64,000 bases of DNA from Mustelus asterias (taxonomy: Eukaryota), in assembly GCF_964213995.1 (NCBI RefSeq), contig NW_027590120.1, forward strand, positions 124,001 through 188,000. The letters run 5' to 3'. This document shows positions 1 through 12,340 of this stretch, piece by piece. Positions within the stretch are counted from its first letter, which is position 1; every line of letters begins with the position of its first letter. A model generated the notes under the pieces. That model saw only the letters and a list, made by a program, of their open reading frames with translations, was not told where the DNA came from and searched no databases. A program made the translations under genes and the position numbers.

Positions 1-1075
1 GACACCTGATATCCCAGGGGACCAAAGAAATGCCACTGGACAGCAAATGCCAAGACCAGTAACCGTCCGAGGGGTAAGGAAGGTTTTGGGGTTGTTTAAT
101 TACAGCCGCAACTTTATACCAGAATTCGCAAGGCTAGCCGAACCAATACAAAGGCTAGTAAAAGGGGGGAAACCCGTTCTAGAAGTTATCGAATGGGGAT
201 CAGAACAGGAAAGGGCATAGAGTAAACTAAAAGTAGAACTAATGAAGGCTCCAGGACTTGGACTGCCTGACGCTAGTAAAGATTTTCCTATCTATTGTAA
301 TCACGAAGGGGGGTTTTATTCGGCAGTAGTCACACAGGTCCATGGGGACAAACAGCGACCCGTGTGTTATTATTCCACAGCGGAGGGCCCCGTAGTAACC
401 GGGTTACCCAGATGTATAGCCGCACTCGATTGCGCGGCATGGGCAGTAAAGGTCAGCGAGCCCATCATAATGACGGGGAAGATTGTTTTACACACCAAAC
501 ATACCTTGGTGGAAATGCTGAACACAGGAAAATTGCGGTCTGTCTCAAACATGAGAGGGGCGAAGTGGGAGGCAGTGCTTCTCCCACCCACTAAGTCCAT
601 CACCATTGTACGAGACATGGGAATGAACCCCGCAGAAGGAATGTTAGGTGAAGGGTCTCCCCACTCATGTGGGGACGTAGACGAAGAGGTAGAGGAGAGT
701 AGAATAAAAGATGCGCCCCTGGAGGCACCATATTTGGTCCTGTTTGTGGATGGATCACGGAAATGTGCAGATGTAGGCCCATTACGGTACAGGATTAGAC
801 GATATGTATCAGAGTTAAGCTCCCAATCGAAAGATATGCGGAAAACAGTATGGGACAAACAAATAGTGATAGATGAGCACAATAAACTAGAACAGACCCC
901 GGAGGTACCCCCGGCGGGCAGCAAGGTTATGGTAAAAACACTACCAGGAAAACCTGGATTTGCCCCCAAATGGAAAGGCTCCTATGAGGTCATTATCAGT
1001 GGAGACACCTGTGCCTGCATAGATATGTAAGGTCGGGGTGTCTGGAAGCATTGGACTCAGTTAAAGGAATACACC
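1..1075 (+). pseudogene. pol: ERV pol remnant: RT thumb/connection, tether, first RNase H motif, then an in-frame jump to the integrase C-terminus
   Basis: Frame 2 reads MPRPVTVRGVRKVLGLFNYSRNFIPEFARLAEPIQRLV...WGSEQERA* (stop ~218), then ORF 242-1030 KAPGLGLPD...RPVCYYS...LVLFVDGSR fused to DVGPL...PKWKGSYEV, continuing *GRGVWKHWTQLK. Confidence 0.9.
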
Positions 1076-3683
1076 AATTACCGCAACAAAACAGTTAAAA
1101 GGGGAATAAAGGGTTAAAAGAAAACAAACAGGTTGTAAGTTTCTCTCACTCGAGGGAGGGAGAGAGAGAGAGAGATGTAAGATGTAATTGCGATCGAGAG
1201 CCTCATGTGGTGGAATGGGGTATAGCAGATCAATGCGAGTTTAATAAATTACGTTCCCCAGTAAATTTTACGATAATGCATCGGACAGAGATTTGAGGAA
1301 TGTGGGAATAATAGCATTAGGTTACATCTGAAGAGTCGTAAGGAGAGTTACTGCATCTGCCAGTGTAAAAATAATTATTTTAGGAGGGATATTTAAAAGT
1401 GATAAAATAAATGGATTATTTGGATCAGGCTTTTGTTAAATTTGAAAATGTATTTTTGATAGAACTGAAGTTGAAAAGATAAATAAATTATTCCTGCGTA
1501 TTTGAAATGATGATTAATCACTTGTTTATGTTCCTCTGAGTTATAAGACTTGCAGTAATTTTAAGATTATAGTCAAAATTTAACAGAGAAGGGAGTTACA
1601 TAAGGTAGAATGGGAGTGCGTGTGTCATACTGGGAATTATTATACTGCCATAATGCATTCTAATTAAAATGGGTTACGTGGATCAACCATGAAACTGTAT
1701 TAAAAGACAGACAGGCTAAAAGGGAGTGCCCGCCTATAATACCAAATTGACAAATCAATATAATTAGAGATGAGGGAAATAATTCAGTGGAATAATGAGA
1801 TAATAAAATGCTGGGGAAGTATTTGTTACAAACGGTTAAAGATTAAAGTGATAAGATTTCTTGAATTTACTTCTGTTTTGAGTTGAATTACAGCTTGGAA
1901 GGCAGCAGCATAAAAGCGACTGTTAATCAACGGTCTGTATTCTTAAATGTTTTACTTCCATCCCAGTTTAAGATGTTAAGTCTGAATAAATGTTGGAAGC
2001 TTCCATGTGTGCCTGTGTGTATCTGTGTGTTTAACAACGTGATTGCGTGAATGTTTTGTTGTTGTTCGTTTTAATGTTGAGAAAGGAGTTAAACCTTGGA
2101 AGGACCATGTGCCCTTTCCTTGTCTTGAAGTTGAAATTATAAGAGTGTAGTTGAGAAGTTAAAAAAATCATAAGTAATTTGGTGAAAAATAGAAAAGCAG
2201 GAACAAAAGAATGAGGTGAATATACTGTCTATGAGTCAGTTTAAAGTCTATCAAATCAATGAATCGTAGTTCCGATTATCCCAAGTTACAGCAGGAGATT
2301 AAATCAGTTAAAACCTCAGTTGTGAATACAAATAAAGACGTTGTCCTTGAGTATTTTTAATTTGCATTTGATGCCAACCATTGAACACCATGAATTATTG
2401 GAACTTGTGTTGCCAGTTAGTTACCGATATGAAATTCAAGACTTGTGTGATGTTCCGATAACATGCAACAAATTACATCATTTAAATCATCTCACATTGA
2501 TGATAGTTCTGATAGTGTAACTAGTTAAAATTATATACTGCCATTGGAATTGTTCTATCTATTGTTCAAGGTTTTCCAAATCTAAGAACACTGCAAAGCT
2601 TAGAACCTAGCCAGCTAGGAAGCAAACCAAAACATTTCTAATCAAGTAACTCTTGTTATTGTTACATGTATTGTGCTTGTTATCGTTCTAAAAGTGCAAG
2701 GAATTCTGATCTGGAGCTCAGTTTAAAAATGGAAACAGATTAATTTAAAATTAAATTAAGAGGGTTTTGAGATACCCGATATAATATATATTGTGTATTG
2801 ATAAAAACATAAGTCTGTGAAAAAAAGGCTAGTTATTCCAAACATGTAACCATTCTTTGCCATAATTTGTAATAGCTTGCACAATTAATATGAACATGAC
2901 AGGAAGTGAAACCGGATTACTTAAGAGAGAGAGAAAAAGAGTTGGAGACTGGCTTTGCAGCCAGACTCAAAAATCTTGCAGCATTCGACTGCCCACAACA
3001 AACTGCTTATTCGGTTATCTGTGTTTTTAAAGAGCGGTGTCTGACAGCATAAACTATTGGCATCTATGACCACGAAACACTGGTGTTTACCTTGTGAGAC
3101 AATCTGTCTATAGAAGGATCATTTCTGCTGAAACATTGCACTTTCAAATGTGGACAAACAAATGATCAAATTAGATATAATGTAAAAATACATCATATAA
3201 CGATCAGAGTTGTATGGTATGTGATATAAATGAGAAAAGCGATGCCTTTTGATAGAATGTCCGGCTGCAGCCAGTGCAAAGTGTTGTGTGATTCGCACTA
3301 AGCCAACTGAAGGGTCTGTTTATTTCTTCAGAATAAACTTGACTGATCTGAAGTAAATATGCCTTTCTTTAAGCATTGTTTTCGAAATAACGGTTATTTT
3401 AGAGAAAGGAGAGGGAAAGAGAGCAACCAAAAACCAGTGCTGAGATTAAAAAAAACAAAACATCTGTTTCTAAAGCATAACTAAATTAGATATTATTATT
3501 ACATACAAGCAGTCTCCAGCTACATTAACAACTTGGCCATGAGAAAGTTTGTTTACCTTACATTGTACTTTCAGAGAATGCAGCTAAGTTTCTAAGTTGG
3601 ACTCAGAATTCCAAGCTGCCGAGGCCAAATGAGCTTAAATTAGCTTAAAGCATAGCACAATTAATTACATTGGGCAAAACTAC

Positions 3684-4170
3684 TTTGCACTGGCGAAGGC
3701 CATACAGACATCGGGAAAAAAACGTGGATGAAGGTATTGCCCACCATACTAAATGAGTTTAAGGGTTGCTACAAACCAAACAACCAGATTAACCCCTTAT
3801 GAGCTAATGACAGGACGGACGATGCAATTACCAAAAAGCATCATAACAGGTGGGACCGATGTAGGTCCACTAAAAGATAAAATCAAGAGATATGTTTTGG
3901 AACTAAGCACCCAACTAAAAGGGATGCATAAATCGGTAAAAGACAATCAAGAAATAAGAGATGCAGAGAGAGCTTGACATGCTCCCTGACAGTCCCAACA
4001 GTGGGATGTCCTAGTAAAAATATTACCTAATAAATCAGGGCTTGTACAAAAATGAAATGAGCCGCATGAAGTTATAATTAGTGGAGATATCTGTGCCTGT
4101 GTATACTCAATTGAATATGCTGAAATTAATTGGAAAAATATGTGATATACTCCACTTACAGATATAAGCA
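3684..4170 (+). pseudogene. pol: Second ERV integrase fragment (late core plus C-terminal domain), with stops and frameshifts
   Basis: WMKVLPTIL-MSLRVATNQTTRLTPYELMTGRTM (integrase TPYELM.GR motif), followed by DVGPLKDKIKRYVLELSTQLKGM, paralogous to 770-1030. Confidence 0.85.
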
Positions 4171-4286
4171 AACAAAGTGACCTCCAAGCAAGCTGAACGG
4201 GTTCGCGGATCCGCGGTGTTGTGCGTGGGCGATATAGCCTTTGGACCATTGTATAACGGTCGGGCGGGATATTAGTAAGTGATAAG

Positions 4287-5706
4287 ATGCTTCTCATGCT
4301 GATGCTCACGACCCTGGCCCTGTTAGCCATAGCAGGAGAATATAAATTGAATTATGAGGAGTTAGGGATGAAGCACAGTGATCATCTCTGTTACGATTAC
4401 TCTGTCTATTGTATGAACACCTTTGTGTATATGTCTTATCTGGTACCAGGAGTGCATCACAATCGAATCTGACCAAGTGCTGGGTCTGTTCACACATTCC
4501 CATGCTTGGAGGAAAGGGAGGAATTCCCTTATTTCCTATCCCTTTATCAGCTCTAGAAGTAATTGAATGGGTTTTAAATCAGAATGGAACCCAGAAAGGG
4601 ACAAGGCAACTGACATTTAAAACCCCATCGGGTACCACGATGCAGGGTATCAGCAACAGTGATGTTGTTTCAAGGCTAGGGGGCGGAGGGTGCACTTTAT
4701 CGTCCTTTAAGAAGAATTACCAGCCCGGCTACGACAGATCAGGATCCCCACCCTACTTTGTTGTGAAAAATAAACAGAGGGAAGTTATCTGCCTGACAAG
4801 AAATGGAACCATACCTGTTGGCCGTAGCTACTGTATACAACAGGTTGATATCACTGATGACGCTGAGGCCATGATACAGGTCACAATCCAGTGCCCCATA
4901 GCCGCCATCCCGGTTAGCCTCTCCTCCGCTTATGTAAGCGAGATGACTGCATATAATGGTACCTATTTTGTCTGTGGAAACAATGCCTATCCGTGGCTTC
5001 CCTGGAATTGGACAGGATCGTGTTATTTGGCATATGTGGTGCCTTATATTCACCATTACACTGACTTATGGGACCACCCCGAAATACACCTGCTTAGGGC
5101 TAAGCGAGCCATCAGTGAGACAGAACGATTCTTCATGATAGCCTACCCATTTTTTGGGATGGCAAAGGCAGCACAGGAACTGATACAGATGGCCTTAACC
5201 TAGAGAAAGTTGCAAATAAGACTAAGGATGGGTTCGAGGAGGTGAGGACGGCCATCTCTGAAATGTCAGCAGAGGTCGTAGCTATTCGGACTGTGGCGTT
5301 ACAGAACTGATTGGAACTCGATTATGTGCTAGCCTCCCAAGGAACATGTGCCATAGTTGGCTTCGAATGCTGTACGTATATTCCCGAAGCTTCGGAGAAT
5401 ATAACTCGCTTAGCAGATCACATTAAACAAGTAGCAAAAGCAATACAGGAAGAAGGGAACCAATAGCATGATTATAACCCTCCGGGCTGGCTGGGGCAAT
5501 GGTTCGGGTCGTGGGGTTCATACCTGATGCATGGATTGATTGTATTAATTGTAATTGTAATTACTTGCTGTGTTTGTATGGCATTATTGAACGCCTGTAG
5601 CAAAACAGTAACAGCACGAATTATGACAGTCGCAAGTATACAGGCGAAGGGGGCAGACCTCCCGACGAAGGAGCTAGGCCCATTCCCCGATACAATATGG
5701 TTCTGA
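4287..5706 (+). pseudogene. env: ERV gamma-type envelope glycoprotein, disrupted by frameshifts and stops
   Basis: Signal peptide MLLMLMLTTLALLAIA, CWVC (CXXC), furin site RAKR ~5097-5108, immunosuppressive-domain-like LQN*LELDYVL, CX6CC (CAIVGFECC), TM anchor LIVLIVIVITCCVCMALL, final stop at 5704-5706. Confidence 0.93.
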
Positions 5707-5745
5707 GTTGGTCATACATGCCACGTTTGGACCTGGCATCCGACC

Positions 5746-5757
5746 AGAAGGGGGGAG
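5746..5757 (+). other. Polypurine tract of the ERV
   Basis: AGAAGGGGGGAG just after env and directly before TG. Confidence 0.8.
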
Positions 5758-6428
5758 TGCAGTCGGGAATGGGTTAATGACCCTTGTCACACTAAAGCAG
5801 TAAGACCCGAACTCTGTGATTTTGTTTAGAACACTGCAGAGTCCATGTTTTTGTCAGAGTTCGGTGTTTTTCATGTCTGTGCCAGATAAAAGGAACAGCT
5901 ATTCCCCTGTCTCCATTTGTTATCAAGAAATGCGATTAACCCAGCTCGAAATAAGCTAAACAGTCTCCATTTTTATGTACCTTTGTTTAAAACGATGGAG
6001 TTGGCATGTATGCCTTCTGTCTTTGAATCACCATAGATTCATATATATATATTCATCATACGTTATTCATCTTATCCTGATATAAAGTATTATACAAACC
6101 TGCATGTAGATTAGTTAACTTGTTTGTGCAAAACCTGTGATGTTGTTTCAAGAATATAAATGACGAACAATCATGGCCTTGGAGATCGAACAAACTACGC
6201 AGAGGAAGATACTGCTAAAACAACAAGAATCTCACCATGAACAATGACAGCCATCTCAGGTTTTGCAATGTAATGAGGGCGGGGCCCGGGACATATATAA
6301 ACTCTGTTCTTACTTGTGTTCGATGAGAAGGCTGGGGGTCCACTGTTAGGAACCTCACTTCTCCCACAATTGTGAAAATAAACACTGCATTTTGAACCAC
6401 TAATAGTGTCAGAGGTTTTTTACCTACA
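5758..6428 (+). mobile_element. 3' LTR of the ERV
   Basis: Starts TGCAG after the PPT and ends CTACA (near-inverted termini). Contains a GC box, TATA-like TATATAAA ~6294 and AATAAA ~6377. Confidence 0.75.
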
Positions 6429-7498
6429 ACAGGCTGCAACTTTCAAGGCCACGGAACAGATGATAGAATGTGACATTAGAAGGAGCCACAAGTTCCATTT
6501 CTCTCTGTTGTATCCGGAGCATACATGCTGGGCTGAATGGCCCATTTCTGCACCATTACTTGTCTATTCTTCAATTCATCACCAGAGTTTTGCGCAACCA
6601 AAATGATATGTATACATAATATTGGGTGTAATTCAGGTTAAATAATGTGCTTTTTGTCAGGTTTACAATTAGGCTGGACTGACATTTGATATAACTCCGA
6701 ACAAAAATAATAGAAGGAATTAAATATTACCTGGCTGGGTGAATTGAAAGTGCAAGATATTTCGTGAAGGTAACACATGCAGATCGAAGGAATTGCATCC
6801 ACACAGTCTGAAAGCAGCAATGCATGAATAAGAAGATGCTAAGTTGAGTGAAGGACACAGAACACAGAACACTTATCACCAAAAATACAGGAAATTTTAC
6901 ATGTGTTTCGGAAAGCAGGTTGGCTACATGATTTATCTCCCTCGGATCAATCTCCATAAAATAATATCTGTGAACAATGTAAGAGTAAATGGTTGTCTTA
7001 TCGGATAAAGACCTGTTTCTTGTTGAATAGCCGCAGTGTAATATTTCCTATCATCCTGCTTCTGGCACCTCTATTGTCTCAAGAGGAGGATCAACATTAT
7101 TCACCGAAACTGCGCTAAATTCACTATTACAATTTCATTGAAATTCTAAAATGTCAGATTGACATTATGTGACAGAAATATTCGTAACTGTTTTAATTCA
7201 CTTCAGTTCAGTAACAGAGTGTTAATCAGTTTTCCTATTTTTCACCAAACTGGTGGACCAATGTGTTTGCCTTCAGTCAGATCCTCCATTATGATTGCAA
7301 AGGAATTTCAATAAACATGTATTTTGCAATAAAAGCTTAATTCATCTTGTTTGTTCAGCGATTGTGATTAACGTCAGTGGGAACAAAGTTTTATTATTTC
7401 ACCTGGGACTTTCCTCGCTCTATAAATAGCGAATGTTTCTATTATGTGCAGCGGTGTTAAAAATGAGAGGGGTCTCCAATACGGACAACGATCATTGA

Positions 7499-9196
7499 AT
7501 CTCAGAGTCGGTAAACCATGTTCTGGATTATTCCATTGAGCTTCGTATTTCTTGGGTACTTCACGATATTCAAAGGATTTACTTCTCACTTCTCGCTGCA
7601 GTTGGTGTGACTGGTGAGACTAATTTCATTCTGTTAATTGCCCTTTTCCATGAGACCCAGTTAATAATATTATTATGTGCAAACTTTATGTTCCGTATGT
7701 GCTGATGCAGTGGGAGGATTTCTCTCTCTTCCCAGCAGCCATTCTCCCTACTCTCGCCTGATGGTTGCTCTCTATTTTCCTCTCTTGTCCCCTCCCCGCT
7801 GCCATATACCCCTGTTCTCACTCGCCCCACTCCCTCCCCACCTCCGCCGGCCACTTTCACTATTCCCGCCTTAGTATCTACAGGGTCCTAACCTCAGTAA
7901 AAATATATATATATATAATTTCCAGTTTTGTGATTCACAGCCAATTCCAAATCAACTTATGCAATATCTACAAATGCACGGTCTGCAGCACAGTCACAGC
8001 AAAGTGACCCAGACAGGAACGTTTCGTCGAAACCCATTGGCAGCATTATGTCTCCCAAATACCCATAAGGAGAAGGCAGGTAATTGGAGATCAGATCTAT
8101 TGGTGAATTCTATTTCTTGCTACCTCAGTGCGGTGCTTTCCTACTGTGAACCTAGTCTCAGCAGAACAGGTGAGTCCATGATATTCTGAGCTGGAATTTG
8201 TAAATAATCATGCAGCTGTTCCCCAAGAACCTGACAGACCACTGCTCCTCTTCTCAGTCTGAAATATGAGTTAATTGTCTTTCTCTTCTCTGCAGTGAAC
8301 TTATTGACGATTCTTATCCTGTCTCGAGGAAGGCGTGGATTTTCCAAATGTGTCACACGTTATCTAATTTCCATGTCAGCGATGGATCTAATGGTCGTTA
8401 TCATCGATCTCATATTATCCAAATTCCTGTCAGTTTTAGTAATCAATTTATCTTCATGTATTACATTAAAGTGTGCAATATCCATGCCGTCCTGCTTTAC
8501 GCAGTCACTGATTGTTCTGTCTGGTTCACCGTCACGTTCACTTTTGATCGATATGTGGTCATTACTTGTCAGAAGCTGAAAATAAAATAGTGCACCGACA
8601 AAACGGCAGCTGTTGTTCTCGGAACAGTGAGTGTGCTCTTCAATGTCAGGAACACTTTCTGGTACTTCATATGTGAGGATAGATTCTCGCTTACAAATTC
8701 TTCCTATTTTTGTTCTGTACATTCAGATGTCAGAAATTCACCAATATGGGGAGCAGTTGGAAATCTACATTATATTTTAACACCGTTTGTTCCTTTCTTG
8801 TTGATTCTGCTGCTCAATGTTTTAACCGTTAAACATATTCTAGTGTCGAGCAAAATCCGCAAGAGACTTCGGAGGCCCAAGAGTGGCGAGAGTGCAACAG
8901 ACCCAGAGATAGAGAAGTGAAGGAAATCCATCATCTTACTGTTTGCAATATCTGGAAATTTTATCCTGTTATGGTCAGTGTTCCTGATCAATTCTTTTTG
9001 TGAACGATTGCATAATTTAGGTGTAATCCTTTTCTATATACCCTGGTGTGTCATCGAACTGGGATTTATGCTTCAACTCCTGTGTTGCTGCACCAACACA
9101 TACATTTATGCAGTGACCCAGACACAATTCACAGAGGAGCTGAAGAAGCTCGTGAAATTTCCATTTACTCGGATTGTGAAGATAATTAAAGAGTGA
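7499..9196 (+). pseudogene. Two-exon GPR139-like class A GPCR pseudogene (exon 1 ~7499-7613, exon 2 8296-9196)
   Basis: Exon 1 ...HDIQRIYFSLLAAVGVT G|gt; exon 2 ag|TG NLLTILILSRG..SKCVTRYL..MSAMDL, TDCSVWFTVTFTFDRY, RKSIILLFAISGNF, CTNTYIYAVTQ. Frameshift near 8400-8440, stops at 8588 and 8918, no clear start codon. Confidence 0.85.
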
Positions 9197-9813
9197 ACAG
9201 ACATTCCACAATCACAGCGTTTTTGTCTGGTTTTCTACACAAACCCATATCTCAGTGAAACACACACACAGTGAGATTGCTTGTTGCCTTTCGATTCATG
9301 ATTGAGTGATGAGCAGTAATTAGAGAAATTGTGAAAATGAAACTATTTGGTACCCGATGAAATGTTCCAGATATGAACAAATTAGATGTTCTGATATATC
9401 ATGAGCCGGACATATTGAACTCCAGTGTAGCGTGTCCTCCTCTTAACCTGGGAGGGAGGTTGTTGACTGTAGAATTTTCCTTCAGCTGCAATATACCTCT
9501 ATCCTATGAAAAGAGCCCTGACTGCCTCCCTCAAGCACACCCGATGGGGGAAAGGGCCTGGTTACGATACTCTGCAGTGGCTGCAGATTCGTTGGGCCGA
9601 ATGGCCTTTTCTGCACTGCAGGATTCTATGATTCTATAAAACAAATACGGAGTATAATTGGTTGAAATAATTCGCAGGAAGATAAGAGCGAAGCATTAAT
9701 GACTGAGCAGAAATCATCACTCCCTGAGACATTTGCTGGACGAACGCTTTTTAAGTTTGAAATACAAGATAATTTGAGATATCAGGTTGAAAGTAACGGA
9801 TGTTTTCTTGTAT

Positions 9814-10144
9814 TAGAATCGTAGAAACCCTACAGTGCAGAAAGAGGCCTTTTGGCCCATGGAGTCTGGACCGACCACAATCCCACCCAGGCCCTACCCC
9901 ATATCCACCCACTAATCCCTCTCACCTACGCATTTCAGGACACTAAGGGGCAATTTTAACATGGCCAATCAACCTTAACAGCACATCATTGGACTGTGGG
10001 AGAAAACCAGAGCAACTGGAGGAAACCCACGCAGACACGAGGAGAATCTGCAAATTCCACACAGACAGTGACCCAAGCTCGGATTCGAACCCAGGACCCT
10101 GGAGCTGTAAAGCAGCAGTGCTAATCAATGTGCTACCGTGCTGC
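9814..10144 (-). mobile_element. HE1-type tRNA-derived SINE
   Basis: Minus strand starts GGCAGCACGGTAGCAC, has a B-box GGTTCGAATCC, the central CTGTGTGGA...GGGTTTCCTC domain and a LINE-like tail. Confidence 0.85.
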
Positions 10145-10247
10145 CAGTTAAGTGACATGTGCCCTCAATCTAACCATTGGAACCTGAAGCAACACAATGG
10201 AGTTGAGCATTGCAGTCAGGCCGATTGGCGGCGCACTGTTTTCATGT

Positions 10248-10322
10248 GTTTCTGTAGTATAGTAGTTATCACGTTCGCCTAACACGCGGAAGGTCCCCGT
10301 CTTCGATAACCGCGCAGAAACA
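10248..10322 (+). pseudogene. tRNA-Val(AAC) pseudogene
   Basis: GTTTCTGTAGTATAGTAGTTATCACGTTCGCCTAACACGCGGAAGGTCCCC...CAGAAACA, with D-loop and T-arm mutations. Confidence 0.8.
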
Positions 10323-11347
10323 TTCATTCAGCTTTCACATGCATGGTGAGCGACATCTGTATGATTTCAGCTGGTTGGTGAACATTATCCGAATCTCCAT
10401 GTTAAAGCCACATTATCTTTGCTCTGACCTCGGCTTCAAATGCTTTTGTTAAATCAGAAATGCTGAATTTTATGACGCATTGACATGAAAGAAATGTTCC
10501 TGTTTTGACACCATGCACATATCAGCATCTCGTTCAATCTACAACAGAAATTCATGGGTTTATCGATGCAGGTAACATAGTTAATCACCACCTGAAACAT
10601 GTCTAAATGCAGTGAGTACTCAAAAAGACAGACACAAGTGATACTGCAACAGAATCAGATGAAATGGCGCACACTGTGCAGAACCAGCTTTTTTTCTTAA
10701 TCGTTCTTCATAATAAATAAATAGGTAAACCACTAGGACAGATGAGGAAATCGAGATACAGTCCGGATGTGCGGGACTTTTCTATTGATGGACAGAGATT
10801 AGGCGCCTGAATGTGTCGCACTTATAATAAAAAAGGCTCAAGTATAGCTAATAGATAATTCTTCAATCTCTTCCATTTGAAAATAGTTGACTTTGTTTAA
10901 AAGATGGCTATGGTCAATCTCAAATAAACACCATGGGATCTGTATTGCCTGGTGACTCGATTCTTTTTGTTGGTCAGCTTTGTTTGCAATTGAGTGATAT
11001 TCAATTTCAGAGGTATTAAATTCAAAATCCGGTCATTTGTGTTAAATAATGTATTGGTATTAAAATATTAAAAACGAAACAAATACTGAGTACAATCGGT
11101 TGGCGTTATTCGAAGAAAAATTAGAATGCTGGATTAATGAATGCGCAGAAATAATAGCTCCGTTAGATATTTGCCAAACGATTGCTTTTAAATTTTGAAG
11201 TTCAAGATAAGTTGAGAAATCAGGTTAAAATTAACGGTTTTCTTCTTGAATGAAGTGAGATGGGCTTTCAATCTAACCATTGGAACCTACAGCAACACAG
11301 CACAGTTGAACAGTGCAGACAGGTCGATCTGCTGTAGTATGCTGTCA

Positions 11348-11410
11348 GCTTTTCTCGAGTGTAGTGGTTATCACGTTTGCTTCACACGCGGCCAAAAGCG
11401 GGCAGAAACA
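11348..11410 (+). pseudogene. tRNA-Val(CAC) pseudogene lacking most of the T arm
   Basis: AGTGTAGTGGTTATCACGTTTGCTTCACACGCG...GGGCAGAAACA, with an internal deletion. Confidence 0.7.
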
Positions 11411-12240
11411 CTGTTGGGTCTTTCTCATTAAGAGTGAGCGAAGTCTGCATGATTTAGGTTATTTGTTCAACATGCGAAACCCAATGCCTTCTGCAAAATC
11501 AGAAATGCTGTATTTGATGACACAACAACACAACATGTTCGTATTTTGACACCGTGCACATTTTAGAAACTCCTTCAGTGCACAACATAACTTAATGGGT
11601 TTATAGATGCAGGTAACATAGCTAATTACCATCTGAAACATGTCTAATAGTAGTGCTCATAAAGACAGACAAACGGTTGGTGTAACTGAAACTGAAAGTT
11701 ATACTGTAACTGAACTAGAGGAAATGGCTCACACTGCGCAGAACCATCTTTTAAAAATAGTTTATCATAATATCTCCCTTCATAATAGAGAATTGGGGAA
11801 AACCATTTAGGGAGATGAGGAATTTGAGACTCTGTGTGGATCTGCTGCCACCCCTCCTTCCTGATGCATTCTTTTTTTCTCTGAATGTTCAGTTCACCAG
11901 TTGTTCTGGTACTTTGGTACTCGCTGCCCAGCGAATGGTATAATTCAAACTGGACCTAATATAAAGCAAGATACTGCGGAAACTGGAGGTCTGAAATAAA
12001 AACAGAAAGCGCTGGGTTGCTCCAATAGTACTGGCAGCATCTGTGGAGAGAGAAACAGAGTTAATGTTTCGAGCCCTGTGGACTGATTGCCGGCACGGAC
12101 ACAATGGCCAATGGGCCAAGGTTTTCCGTGCTGAAAAACCTTCTGAACCTATCTCGCAACTGGTCACCAGAATGTAATCCCGCCGTATGCACCATAAACT
12201 AATCACGAAACTTGATTTGGTAAAAAAGGGGACAACTAAA

Positions 12241-12340
12241 GGGCTCGTCCGGGATTTGAAAACCGGGACCTCACACACATCACCACCTCACCACTTGTGG
12301 CACGACGGGGAGGGAAATTATATCCCTAGATCAACGAGCC
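12241..12340 (-). pseudogene. tRNA-Pro pseudogene with a ~28 nt insertion in the anticodon arm
   Basis: Minus strand GGCTCGTTGATCTAGGGATATAATT...GAGGTCCCGGTTTTCAAATCCCGGACGAGCCC; 100 nt versus 72 nt canonical. Confidence 0.8.
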
